A stretch of DNA of 64,000 bases. Source: Eukaryota sp. TZLM1-RC (taxonomy: Eukaryota; Protista; Metamonada: BaSk clade). The notes beneath the pieces are model-generated. The model was not told where the DNA came from, did no database searches, and was given only the letters and a program-made list of their open reading frames with translations. Of the stretch, positions 47,919-61,129 are shown in pieces (positions within the stretch are counted from its first letter, which is position 1; each line of letters starts with the position of its first letter). A program made the translations under genes and the position numbers. The stretch covers positions 5,671,784-5,735,783 of the forward strand of contig JAUPSS010000004.1 of NCBI GenBank assembly GCA_040285825.1. The letters are read 5' to 3'.

Positions 47919-48849
47919 TTTATTATTAAAGATTTATGTTCCTTTTTTCAAGATGTTTTGACAATGAAAATTGTTCCACCCAAAGAATTAAGTGCATCAC
48001 GGTTAGTGGCTTTAACTAAACCTAATGGAAAAGTTCGCCCAATTGCTATAGGTGAAGCCATTTATCGCCTGATGTCTTCAGTAATTTTTAACCGAGTTTC
48101 AACAAAAGCTAAAGAATACTTTTCTCCATTCCAATATGGAATCAAAACCATAGATGGAGCTTCAGTTGCGGCTTTGACATCTGATCTTTTTTTCAATTGT
48201 CACGAAAATAGTTGCATTTTTAATCTTGATTTCAAAAATGCTTTCAATTCAGTGAAAAGAGATTCAATTTGGAAAGAAATCAAATCAAATTTTCCTGAAC
48301 TCGAAACCTTTTTTTATAGGTTTTATGGTAATTCATCTGATTTAATTTTTAATTCTTTTAATCTTGATTCTTTATCAGGAGTTAAACAAGGAGACCCTTT
48401 AGGTCCTTTCTTTTTTTGTCTTGCAATTCACCCAATTTTGAAAAAATTAAAAGAAGAAAATTCTGACCTTCAAGTGGTAGCCTACATGGATGACATTTCT
48501 TGTATTGGTCCAGAAAGTACAATTAATAGGGTTGCTAATGAAGCTGCTACATTATACCAATCCATAGGTCTTGAGTTGAATGTTCAAAAATGTTTTTGTA
48601 TTTCTAGGAAAAATGTAAAGTTAATAATTAATTCCCTTGAAGTTCCATATATTGATTATACTTCAACTAGTTTCTGCTTTCTTGGTTGCTATTTAGGTTC
48701 CGCCGAAAAAACACTTGATAGCCTTGAAAATTATTTAAATTCAATTAAAAAAGAGCTAGAAGTCATAAAGACTCTTGAATTGGAAAAACATCTTAAGTTT
48801 TTTCTTTTGAAAATTTGTTATGCTGGAAAAATTACTCATTTACTGCGAT

Positions 48850-51800
48850 TTTTTTTTCTTCCTCTACATATAACCGTTTAACTTAAAACCTGGCTGAACC
48901 GAGATCATTGCTTCTGTTCTTTTTTGTTGATGTCTGAATCAGTTTCTGATTCTAATGGAGTCAAAAGAAAGAACGATAGTCAACAAGATGCTCAAGACGT
49001 CCTTTCCACCTCTCCTCCTCAACCTCTTCTCTCTTCATTTTTGGACAAAAAAAATTCTGATCAAGAATTTTTAGACAATCACGATGAAAAAAAAGTTTGT
49101 TCAAAAACAAAGCCACGCTCCTACAGATGCTCAAAGTGTCGACAACAGGGACATAATGCTCGAACATGCCCCAATGTTGGAAAAAAATGATGCGGCAAAT
49201 TCTGAAACAAAATGTAAAAAGAAAATTTATTAGAAGGAAAGAGTCTAAGGTAGAACCCATAAATAATGCTCCACAAGTTGTTGCAAAACCAGTTAGCAAT
49301 CGATTGAAGCACAAAACTTGCAACACTTGTGGTATTTCTTTTAGAAAAAATGCAAAGGAAAAACTTCTGATCGCTGCTTGAAATGCCGCATAGTTGATAA
49401 CTACCATCCTCCCATAAGAATACCTCAAGAAATTCATCCGACCAAATGCAATGAATTTGCTTTCGTTTTTCAAAGATTTTTGGATCAATTATGTAAAGGA
49501 AAGTATGCTATCAATATTATTTGGGAATTTTTTGGTTCTTTTTGTCCTCCTTTTGAACAAAATTTCGTTAATATTTCCGAAGATTTAACCAATATAGCAC
49601 CGAGAAATCAGTCATCCGAGAAATTAAGTAAAATTTTTGAAGACAAATGCTTTGACAACAAATGGTCCAAGGCTTTGTCAGCTTTAAGTCCCGGAGTCAA
49701 AGCACCGAACAATGAAAATACAGTAGATAAACTGAAAATACTTCATCCTTATGAAGACCCTGTTATGGATCAAAATTTTTACGGCACATACTGGGAAAAT
49801 TATCCATTGATGCCATCAGAAGTTTTTTCGGTTATCAAAAAGAGACCTCGTGGTAAGTCTGCCGGACTTTCTGGTATTACTATTGATCATGTAAAAGCCG
49901 CGATTATTTCTTCAGAAGATTGCCTTGGTTTATTGACCAAATTTTTCAACCAAATATTATCTGGTCAACGCAAGTACCCAGAAGAATTAAGAAGTTCTCG
50001 TTTGACTGCACTTGTCAAAAATTCAAAAATGGATGTTCGTCCTATTGCAGTCTCTGAGAGCTTACATAATATTTTTTCTGCGTGTTGCTTAAGCAGGTTC
50101 AATGAAAAAGCTAAAAAGATTTTATTACCCTTTCAATATGGTATAAATACTACAGATGGAGTCTCTTCAGCGATTTTTGCTACTGATGTCTTATTTCGTC
50201 AAAATGAATCCAATGTTTGCATGTCATTGGATTTTAGTAATGCTTTCAATTCGCTAAGTCATCGCAGTATCCATGGTGCTCTATTGCAATATATGCCAGA
50301 ATTAATACCATATTTTCAATCAACATATTGCACATATTCTAATTTACATTTTGGTAACAACATTTTGATTTCATCAAGTGGCGTAAAGCAAGGAGATCCG
50401 TTAGGACCTCTTTTGTTTTGTTTGGCGATTCATCCTATTCTACTGCAAATTCAAGAGATGTTTCCTTCACTAAAAATGATTGCATATATGGATGATGTTG
50501 TGCTTATTGGTGAATTAAATATTGTGAAAAAAGCAACTGTATGTTTTAAAGAATTATTTACCAAAATTGGTCTCCGACTTAATTTACTTAAATGTGTTTT
50601 GTTATCGAATTCTCCAGTTTCCACAATAATTGATGATATTGAAATTCAAGCCAAATTATATTCAATTGATGCTATTCGTCATTTGGGTTCGTTTTTAGGA
50701 AATAATGATGAAATTACCAAAAAATTGTTTGAAAAGTTGAACTCAATTTCTGACAAAATTGACCGAATGATGAATTTAGATATAAAAAAACACATCAAAT
50801 TTACCATTATAAGACTGTGTTTTAGTTCCAATTTTAATCATATATTTCGATCTACAAATCCTCTCGTCACTAGACCTTTGGCTCAAAAGTTTAATGAGTT
50901 ACGTGCAAAGTTCTGTCTCAATTACTGGGATGTAAAATGTTTCAAATTCCAGATCATGCTTACCTTAGTCCACAATGTGGTGGTTTAGGGTGGACGAAGG
51001 CTTCTATTCTTACCTCGTGTGCTTTTTGTTGGTGGATGCAGAAATGCAATCTTTGAGTTCTCCGAAAGATTTGCAGATTGGGAAGATTTATTGATGACAA
51101 CGCAAAGTTCCACTGTTTTTGCATTAAATGAAGAAATTTCAAGAATTGATGTAGAAAAATGGGGTCGATGTTTTCCCCAATCATTCAATGGCAATATTCC
51201 AGAAAAAAATGTTTTAAATTTGAAGTACACTCTTCGAACATTACAGAAAAGATTGACTGGAATGTATGAAAAAGATCTTTATAATAATATTTGCAGCTCG
51301 GCTGTTTTAAATCAAGATCTTCACTCATTGTTATTGGAAAAGGGTGTTTGTGAAAACAAGGTGTCAGATTCTTCACTTTTTGTAACCATTGTACCACGAA
51401 GATTTGGATTGTGTGCTACTAATGAAGCATTTGTAACAAAAATGAGATTATATTTGAACATCCCCATTAACCAATTATTATCAAAAGAAAAATGTATTTG
51501 TTCGAATTCACCTCAACTCACTTTGCGCCATGCTCTAAATTGCTCTAAATTGATAACTTATCGTTCTTCATTACATGATGCTGTTAGAGACACTGTTTTC
51601 AATATGGCACAAACTGCAAGGATATCGTGTATCAAAGAGCCCCTGCTGAAAGAAACACTTTCTCTGAATAATTTTGGTTCTGATGATAGAGGTGATGTAT
51701 ACTGTGATTGGATTGATAATTCTGAAGCTATTGTTGACTTTGTCTCATGTAATGTTGCAAACGATACTTTGGTTCACAGAAGAAAACTTAATCCTGTGGC

Positions 51801-52186
51801 TGCTCTGGATTTTAAAGCAAAAGAAAAACATAGAAAATATGATAAAGAAATTGAAGATGCAAATATCGATAGAAATACACAGCTGGTTTTTATTGCTTTT
51901 CCATTTTCGATAAATGGAAGATTATCAGTTGAAGCAGAAACTTTTTTGGATGACTTCCAAAAAATGGTGAAAGAAAAAACAATGAAAAGATTTGATATTT
52001 TTTTATGGCGTTCACGGATTCAATTTGCCATTATTAATAGATTACCGCGGTTTTTCAATCGAATTAGAGAAGCTTTAGCTAGACAGCCAGCAAATCAAGA
52101 TTTTGTAGAGGAAATCTTGGTTTAATGATAGTCGTCCCATTAGTTATGATTTAATTTAATCAAGTGTGCAAATTCAATAAATTAAT
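48850..52186 (+). mobile_element. Full-length, uninterrupted family C element inserted in B
   Basis: Oligo-T 5' end, 3' UTR with AATAAA, TSD atttactgcgat at 48838-48849 and 52187-52198. Confidence 0.94.
48930..52125 (+). CDS. Family C polyprotein (about 1065 aa: Zn knuckle, C4 finger, RT, CCHC, RLE) with homopolymer frameshifts
   Basis: ORFs 48924, 49166, 49378-50988 (YMDD) and 51019-52125 (CIC..HALNC, RGD, KEKHRKY). Confidence 0.82.
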
Positions 52187-53525
52187 ATTTACTGCGATCA
52201 TTACCTCCATCCCTAACTTACAATTTTTGTAGACAATTTAACAAAATACGTACCCAATTTTTGGCTTATTTAATGTCTGTTGATCCATCAATTTTGAAAA
52301 ATCATATTTTTTCTGATGTTCAACTTGGTGGTGTTGGATTCAATTCATCAAAATATTTGACCAAAGCTGCATTTATTGGTGGTGGAAAAAATTTTGTATT
52401 TGAATTCTCTAGAAGATATCCTTTGCCGAAAATCTTCTTGAAACTACAAATAGCCTATTCCTCGATAACTTAAGAGAAGAAATTTCCAGTTTATCTCCCG
52501 ACTTATGGCAATCATGTTTCCCCATATCCATTCAAGAAATTCCAGACAGAAGTTTGTATTCATTAAAATTTGCGTTGAAAAAGCTCCAACGACATCTTTT
52601 GAAAATATTTGAAAGCAAGGATTTTATTGTTCGACTTAGCACGGCTAAGAAAGAAAATCCTGCTTTTGCCAATTTTTTGATTGATTTGAAGGACAGTTCA
52701 TCTGCAGTTTTGATAAATCAAATTCCCCAGATTTATGGTCTATTTTTGAATGACGACCAATGGACCACTGCTATGAGAATGCGTTGTTATTTATGGCCTT
52801 GTAATTTGCCCAATGATTTGTTTTGCAAATGTGGAGCTGGTTTGACATTATCACATTTATTTAATTGTAATAGATATATTTCCTATCGTTCTACGTTGCA
52901 TGATGCAGTCAGAGATCAAATCCATGCAATGTGTAATTCCTATCATATTGAATCTTTTGTAGAACCTTTGTTGAGGTCTCTTGATATAAATGAAAGCGTA
53001 AGAGATTCAGAATATGGAAAACGACGTGCTGATGTTGTTGTGCCCTCGTTTGATGATGTCATGAATGTTGTTGATGTCGTAACAGTGGATGTATGCAAGA
53101 AAAATGCCTTGAAAAATGCTCAATCCGAAGTATCCCCCTTGATGACTCCGAATTGTACAAACGGAAAAAGTATGCAAATCCTTTAAAAGAATTGAAGCAT
53201 GTTCGCCATGTAGATTACCAAATTTGCCCATTTGCTATATCGTTGTATGGTCGTCTTGGAAAAACTGCTTTGAATTTTATTGATGATTTTGAAAATCTTG
53301 TGAAAAAAAGAATGAATAAGCGTTTTTATCGTCGCTTGTGGCTAAATCGTATTGTTTTTACTATTTTCAAATCAATTCCTAAAATGATTTCGAAAGCTTT
53401 AATGTCTGTCAGTTCACATTATGAAAACATTGCTGCTGTAAGGTTTGATGGTGTGGAAGCTTGTTTTGAAGATATTGACTTTTAGACTGTGGTTTTGAAA
53501 ATAAATTAAAAGTATGTTAAAAAAA

Positions 53526-56500
53526 TGCAGCTTTGACATCTGATCTGTTTTTCAATTGTCACGAAAATAGTTGCATTTTTAATCTTGATTTCAAAAATGC
53601 TTTCAATTCAGTGAAAAGAGATTCAATTTGGAAAGAAATCAAATCAAATTTTCCTGAACTCGAAACCTTTTTTTATAGGTTTTATGGTAATTCATCTGAT
53701 TTAATTTTTAATTCTTTTAATCTGGATTCTTTATCAGGAGTTAAACAAGGAGACCCTTTAGGTCCTTTCTTTTTTTGTCTTGCAATTCACCCAATTTTGA
53801 AAAAAATTAAAAGAAGAAAATTCTGACCTTCAAGTGGTAGCTTACATGGATGACATTTCTTGTATTGGTCCAGAAAGTACAATTAATAGGGTTGCTAATG
53901 AAGCTGCTACATTATACCAATCCATAGGTCTTGATTTGAATGTTCAAAAATGTTTTTGTATTTCTAGAAACAATGTTAAGTTAATAATTAATTCCCTCGA
54001 AGTTCCATATATTGATTATACTTCAACTAGTTTCTGCTTTCTGGGTTGCTATTTAGGTTCCGCCGAAAAGACACTTGACAGCCTTGAAAATTATTTAAAT
54101 TCAATTAAAAAAGAGCTAGAAGTCATAAAGACTCTTGAATTGGAAAAACATCTTAAGTTTTCTCTTTTGAAAATTTGTTATGCTGGAAAAATTACTCATT
54201 TACTGCGATTTTTTTTTCTTCCTCTACATATAACCGTTTAACTTAAAACCTGGCTGAACCGAGATCATTGCTTCTGTTCTTTTTTGTTGATGTCTGAATC
54301 AGTTTCTGATTCTAATGGAGTCAAAAGAAAGAACGATAGTCAACAAGATGCTCAAGACGTCCTTTCCACCTCTCCTCCTCAACCTCTTCTCTCTTCATTT
54401 TTGGACAAAAAAAATTCTGATCAAGAATTTTTAGACAATCACGATGAAAAAAAAGTTTGTTCAAAAACAAAGCCACGCTCCTACAGATGCTCAAAGTGTC
54501 GACAACAGGGACATAATGCTCGAACATGCCCCAATGTTGGAAAAAATGATGCGGCAAATTCTGAAACAAAATGTAAAAGAAAATTTATTAGAAGGAAAGA
54601 GTCTAAGGTAGAACCCATAAATAATGCTCCACAAGTTGTTGCAAAACCAGTTAGCAATCGATTGAAGCACAAAACTTGCAACACTTGTGGTATTTCTTTT
54701 AGAAAAAATGCAAAGGAAAAACTTCTGATCGCTGCTTGAAATGCCGCATAGTTGATAACTACCATCCTCCCATAAGAATACCTCAAGAAATTCATCCGAC
54801 CAAATGCAATGAATTTGCTTTCGTTTTTCAAAGATTTTTGGATCAATTATGTAAAGGAAAGTATGCTATCAATATTATTTGGGAATTTTTTGGTTCTTTT
54901 TGTCCTCCTTTTGAACAAAATTTCGTTAATATTTCCGAAGATTTAACCAATATAGCACCGAGAAATCAGTCATCCGAGAAATTAAGTAAAATTTTTGAAG
55001 ACAAATGCTTTGACAACAAATGGTCCAAGGCTTTGTCAGCTTTAAGTCCCGGAGTCAAAGCACCGAACAATGAAAATACAGTAGATAAACTGAAAATACT
55101 TCATCCTTATGAAGACCCTGTTATGGATCAAAATTTTTACGGCACATACTGGGAAAATTATCCATTGATGCCATCAGAAGTTTTTTCGGTTATCAAAAAG
55201 AGACCTCGTGGTAAGTCTGCCGGACTTTCTGGTATTACTATTGATCATGTAAAAGCCGCGATTATTTCTTCAGAAGATTGCCTTGGTTTATTGACCAAAT
55301 TTTTCAACCAAATATTATCTGGTCAACGCAAGTACCCAGAAGAATTAAGAAGTTCTCGTTTGACTGCACTTGTCAAAAATTCAAAAATGGATGTTCGTCC
55401 TATTGCAGTCTCTGAGAGCTTACATAATATTTTTTTCTGCGTGTTGCTTAAGCAGGTTCAATGAAAAAGCTAAAAAGATTTTATTACCCTTTCAATATGG
55501 TATAAATACTACAGATGGAGTCTCTTCAGCGATTTTTGCTACTGATGTCTTATTTCGTCAAAATGAATCCAATGTTTGCATGTCATTGGATTTTAGTAAT
55601 GCTTTCAATTCGCTAAGTCGTCGCAGTATCCATGGTGCTCTATTGCAATATATGCCAGAATTAATACCATATTTTCAATCAACATATTGCACATATTCTA
55701 ATTTACATTTTGGTAACAACATTTTGATTTCATCAAGTGGCGTAAAGCAAGGAGATCCGTTAGGACCTCTTTTGTTTTGTTTGGCGATTCATCCTATTCT
55801 ACTGCAAATTCAAGAGATGTTTCCTTCACTAAAAATGATTGCATATATGGATGATGTTGTGCTTATTGGTGAATTAAATATTGTGAAAAAAGCAACTGTA
55901 TGTTTTAAAGAATTATTTACCAAAATTGGTCTCCGACTTAATTTACTTAAATGTGTTTTGTTATCGAATTCTCCAGTTTCCACAATAATTGATGATATTG
56001 AAATTCAAGCCAAATTATATTCAATTGATGCTATTCGTCATTTGGGTTCGTTTTTAGGAAATAATGATGAAATTACCAAAAAATTGTTTGAAAAGTTGAA
56101 CTCAATTTCTGACAAAATTGACCGAATGATGAATTTAGATATAAAAAAACACATCAAATTTACCATTATAAGACTGTGTTTTAGTTCCAATTTTAATCAT
56201 ATATTTCGATCTACAAATCCTCTCGTCACTAGACCTTTGGCTCAAAAGTTTAATGAGTTACGTGCAAAAGTTCTGTCTCAATTACTGGGATGTAAAATGT
56301 TTCAAATTCCAGATCATGCTTACCTTAGTCCACAATATGGTGGTTTAGGGTGGACGAAGGCTTCTATTCTTACCTCGTGTGCTTTTGTTGGTGGATGCAG
56401 AAATGCAATCTTTGAGTTCTCCGAAAGATTTGCAGATTGGGAAGATTTATTGATGACAACGCAAAGTTCCACTGTTTTTGCATTAAATGAAGAAATTTCA

Positions 56501-59500
56501 AGAATTGATGTAGAAAAATGGGGTCGATGTTTTCCCCAATCATTCAATGGCAATATTCCAGAAAAAATGTTTTAAATTTGAAGTACACTCTTCGAACATT
56601 ACAGAAAAGATTGACTGGAATGTATGAAAAAGATCTTTATAATAATATTTGCAGCTCGGCTGTTTTAAATCAAGATCTTCACTCATTGTTATTGGAAAAG
56701 GGTGTTTGTGAAAACAAGGTGTCAGATTCTTCACTTTTTGTAACCATTGTACCACGAAGATTTGGATTGTGTGCTACTAATGAAGCATTTGTAACAAAAA
56801 TGAGATTATATTTGAACATCCCCATTAACCAATTATTATCAAAAGAAAAATGTATTTGTTCGAATTCACCTCAACTCACTTTGCGCCATGCTCTAAATTG
56901 CTCTAAATTGATAACTTATCGTTCTTCATTACATGATGCTGTTAGAGACACTGTTTTCAATATGGCACAAACTGCAAGGATATCGTGTATCAAAGAGCCC
57001 CTGCTGAAAGAAACACTTTCTCTGAATAATTTTGGTTCTGATGATAGAGGTGATGTATACTGTGATTGGATTGATAATTCTGAAGCTATTGTTGACTTTG
57101 TCTCATGTAATGTTGCAAACGATACTTTGGTTCACAGAAGAAAACTTAATCCTGTGGCTGCTCTGGATTTTAAAGCAAAAGAAAAACATAGAAAATATTT
57201 TTTTTTTAAAATTTAATTTTATTCTAAACCTATAAATCAACATCTAAAAAATCCATCTCTCCCAAAACAAAAACACTAGATGCAACTCTCTCATAGTGAG
57301 ATCCAAGAGAAAGCAAAGCATCAGAAACCATCTTCAACATCCCCTTAAAAATAGAAAACACAATTCTATTTTGCCAAAACAATCTGTTGAAATTTCTGCC
57401 AGTTCTTCTCTTTACAATCATTTCAAAATCATCCAAAAAACGTAAAGCAGTTGGTGCAAGTGAACCAAAAAGGGAAAATACAAATGGATACAAATTGTAT
57501 TTTGCATGCTGTAGACTGGCCAATTTGGACAAAGGTTCATTGTATTTTTTGAATTTAAAATTTTCAGCATTTGAAAGGGGATTATGAATTTCAGAATTAA
57601 CAAGCCTTTCATTTGAGGCATTACAAGGATCAACAGACATTACATCCAATAAAATGAAGCTTCCATCTAATCCAGGTAATATGACATCACCTCTATTATT
57701 CTTATGAAAATCATTTTCAGCATCAAACAGATTTGACAACAAAGGTTCCAAGAAGGATTCAATTCTATGAGATTTACACATACAATATAACTGGTCTCTT
57801 ACAGCATCATGAACCTTGCTTCTAAAAGTAATAAAATGTTTACAATTTAACAAATGAGTAGTTGTAATTTCTCGAGAACATTTACAAATTAAATTATGAG
57901 GTAAATTATCAGGCCAGATAAAGGAACGAAATCTCATATTCAGAGTCCAAGCAGAATCGGATAAGAGAGTACCATAAACTTGTGGAATTGTTGTTACTAA
58001 GGCAGAAGAAGTACTGTCACACATATCTTGTAAAAGATTTGCAAAAGCGGGATTCTTTTTCTTGGCCAAGCCAAGTCTAACATCAAAATCCAAGCTTTAA
58101 ACATAGAAAATATGATAAAGAAATTGAAGATGCAAATATCGATAGAAATACACAGCTGGTTTTTATTGCTTTTCCATTTTCGATAAATGGAAGATTATCA
58201 GTTGAAGCAGAAACTTTTTTGGATGACTTCCAAAAAATGGTGAAAGAAAAAACAATGAAAAGATTTGATATTTTTTTATGGCGTTCACGGATTCAATTTG
58301 CCATTATTAATAGATTACCGCGGTTTTTCAATCGAATTAGAGAAGCTTTAGCTAGACAGCAAGCAAATCAAGATTTTGTAGAGGAAATCTTGGTTTAATG
58401 ATAGTCGTCCCATTAGTTATGATTTAATTTAATCAAGTGTGCAAATTCAATAAATTAATATTTACTGCGATCATTACCTCCATCCCTAACTTACAATTTT
58501 TGTAGACAATTTAACAAAATACGTACCCAATTTTTGGCTTATTTAATGTCTGTTGATCCATCAATTTTGAAAAATCATATTTTTTCTGATGTTCAACTTG
58601 GTGGTGTTGGATTCAATTCATCAAAATATTTGACCAAAGCTGCATTTATTGGTGGTGGAAAAAATTTTGTATTTGAATTCTCTAGAAGATATCCTTTTGC
58701 CGAAAATCTTCTTGAAACTACAAATAGCCTATTCCTCGATAACTTAAGAGAAGAAATTTCCAGTTTATCTCCCGACTTATGGCAATCATGTTTCCCCATA
58801 TCCATTCAAGAAATTCCAGACAGAAGTTTGTATTCATTAAAATTTGCGTTGAAAAAGCTCCAACGACATCTTTTTGAAAATATTTGAAAGCAAGGATTTT
58901 ATTGTTCGACTTAGCACGGCTAAGAAAGAAAATCCTGCTTTTGCCAATTTTTGATTGATTTGAAGGACAGTTCATCTGCAGTTTTGATAAATCAAATTCC
59001 CCAGATTTATTTTTTTTTTTAAAAAAAAATTAATTTTATTCTAAACCTATAAATCAACATCTAAAAAATCCATCTCTCCCAAAACAAAAACACTAGATGC
59101 AACTCTCTCATAGTGAGATCCAAGAGAAAGCAAAGCATCAGAAACCATCATCAACATCCCCTTAAAAATAGAAAACACAATTCTATTTTGCCAAAACAAT
59201 CTGTTGAAATTTCTGCCAGTTCTTCTCTTTACAATCATTTCAAAATCATCCAAAAAACGTAAAGCAGTTGGTGCAAGTGAACCAAAAGGGAAAATACAAA
59301 TGGATACAAATTGTATTTTGCATGCTGTAGACTGGCCAATTTGGACAAAGGTTCATTGTATTTTTTGAATTTAAAATTTTCAGCATTTGAAAGGGGATTA
59401 TGAATTTCAGAATTAACAAGCCTTTCATTTGAGGCATTACAAGGATCAACAGACATTACATCCAATAAAATAAAGCTTCCATCTAATCCAGGTAATATGA

Positions 59501-61129
59501 CATCACCTCTATTATTCTTATGAAAATCATTTTCAGCATCAAACAGATTTGACAACAGAGGTTCCAAGAAGGATTCAATTCTATGAGATTTACACATACA
59601 ATATAACTGGTCTCTTACAGCATCATGAACCTTGCTTCTAAAAAGTAATAAAATGTTTACAATTTAACAAATGAGTAGTTGTAATTTCTCGAGAACATTT
59701 ACAAATTAAATTATGAGGTAAATTATCAGGCCAGATAAAGGAACGAAATCTCATATTCAGAGTCCAAGCAGAATCGGATAAGAGAGTACCATATACTTGC
59801 GGAATTGTTGTTACTAAGGCAGAAGAAGTACTGTCACACATATCTTGTAAAAAGATTTGCAAAAGCGGGATTCTTTTTCTTGGCCAAGCCAAGTCTAACA
59901 TCAAAATCCAAGCTTTCAAAAATCTTTGACAATTTTTGTTGAAGCTTTTTACAGCAAAACTGTAAATTAAATAGAGATCGGTTTGGAATTTCTTGAATTG
60001 ATTGAGGAAAGCATTTGGTCCAAATTTGTGGCGGTAATTTTTCAAGTTCACAAGATAACTTATACAAATAGGGACTACAATTGGGGACTAACAGATGGGA
60101 ATCATCAGGAAATCTACGAGAAAATTCATAAATAAAATTTTTGCCACCACCCAAGAATGCTGATTGACACAAAATTGAAGATTTAGTAAATCCAATACCC
60201 CCCAAATTTGCTGAAGAAAATAAATGGCTTTTCAACATTCCTGGTTCTACATCCAATAAATCAGCAAAAATTCTGTTCTCAATGAATTAAAAGAACGACA
60301 AAAATCTAATGCTATGGAATCTAATGCCCCAGATTTATGGTCTATTTTTGAATGACGACCAATGGACCACTGCTATGAGAATGCGTTGTTATTTATGGCC
60401 TTGTAATTTGCCCAATGATTTGTTTTGCAAATGTGGAGCTGGTTTGACATTATCACATTTATTTAATTGTAATAGATATATTTCCTATCGTTCTACGTTG
60501 CATGATGCAGTCAGAGATCAAATCCATGCAATGTGTAATTCCTATCATATTGAATCTTTTGTAGAACCTTTGTTGAGGTCTCTTGATATAAATGAAAGCG
60601 TAAGAGATTCAGAATATGGAAAACGACGTGCTGATGTTGTTGTGCCCTCGTTTGATGATGTCATGAATGTTGTTGATGTCGTAACAGTGGATGTATGCAA
60701 GAAAAATGCCTTGAAAAATGCTCAATCCGAAGTATCCCCCCTTGATGACTCCGAATTGTACAAACGGAAAAAGTATGCAAATCCTTTAAAAGAATTGAAG
60801 CATGTTCGCCATGTAGATTACCAAATTTGCCCATTTGCTATATCGTTGTATGGTCGTCTTGGAAAAACTGCTTTGAATTTTATTGATGATTTTGAAAATC
60901 TTGTGAAAAAAAGAATGAATAAGCGTTTTTATCGTCGCTTGTGGCTAAATCGTATTGTTTTTACTATTTTCAAATCAATTCCTAAAATGATTTCGAAAGC
61001 TTTAATGTCTGTCAGTTCACATTATGAAAACATTGCTGCTGTAAGGTTTGATGGTGTGGAAGCTTGTTTTGAAGATATTGACTTTTTAGACTGTGGTTTT
61101 GAAAATAAATTAAAAGTATGTTAAAAAAA
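53526..61129 (+). mobile_element. Head-to-tail 5'-truncated B unit 2 with nested C (54210-58459) and A (59011-60326)
   Basis: C TSD atttactgcgat at 54198-54209 and 58460-58471. A TSD ccccagatttat at 58999-59010 and 60327-60338. Confidence 0.9.
54210..58459 (+). mobile_element. Full-length family C (duplicate of 48850-52186) with nested A(-) at 57199-58098
   Basis: A TSD aaacatagaaaatat at 57184-57198 and 58099-58113. Confidence 0.92.

Larger units (their letters stand above)
44728..53525 (+). mobile_element. Longest family B copy (true 5' end missing), interrupted by A, mini-B and a full-length C
   Basis: B pieces 44728-45285, 47652-48849 and 52187-53525 are collinear through TSDs. Stop at 53485; tail aaaagtatgtt-An. 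Confidence 0.9.

Noticed and set aside
49170-49380. Programmed ribosomal frameshift or two-ORF organisation
   Set aside because: Breaks vary between copies and are in frame elsewhere (ORFs 18632-19087 and 54284-54739 for C, 43461-44054 for A).
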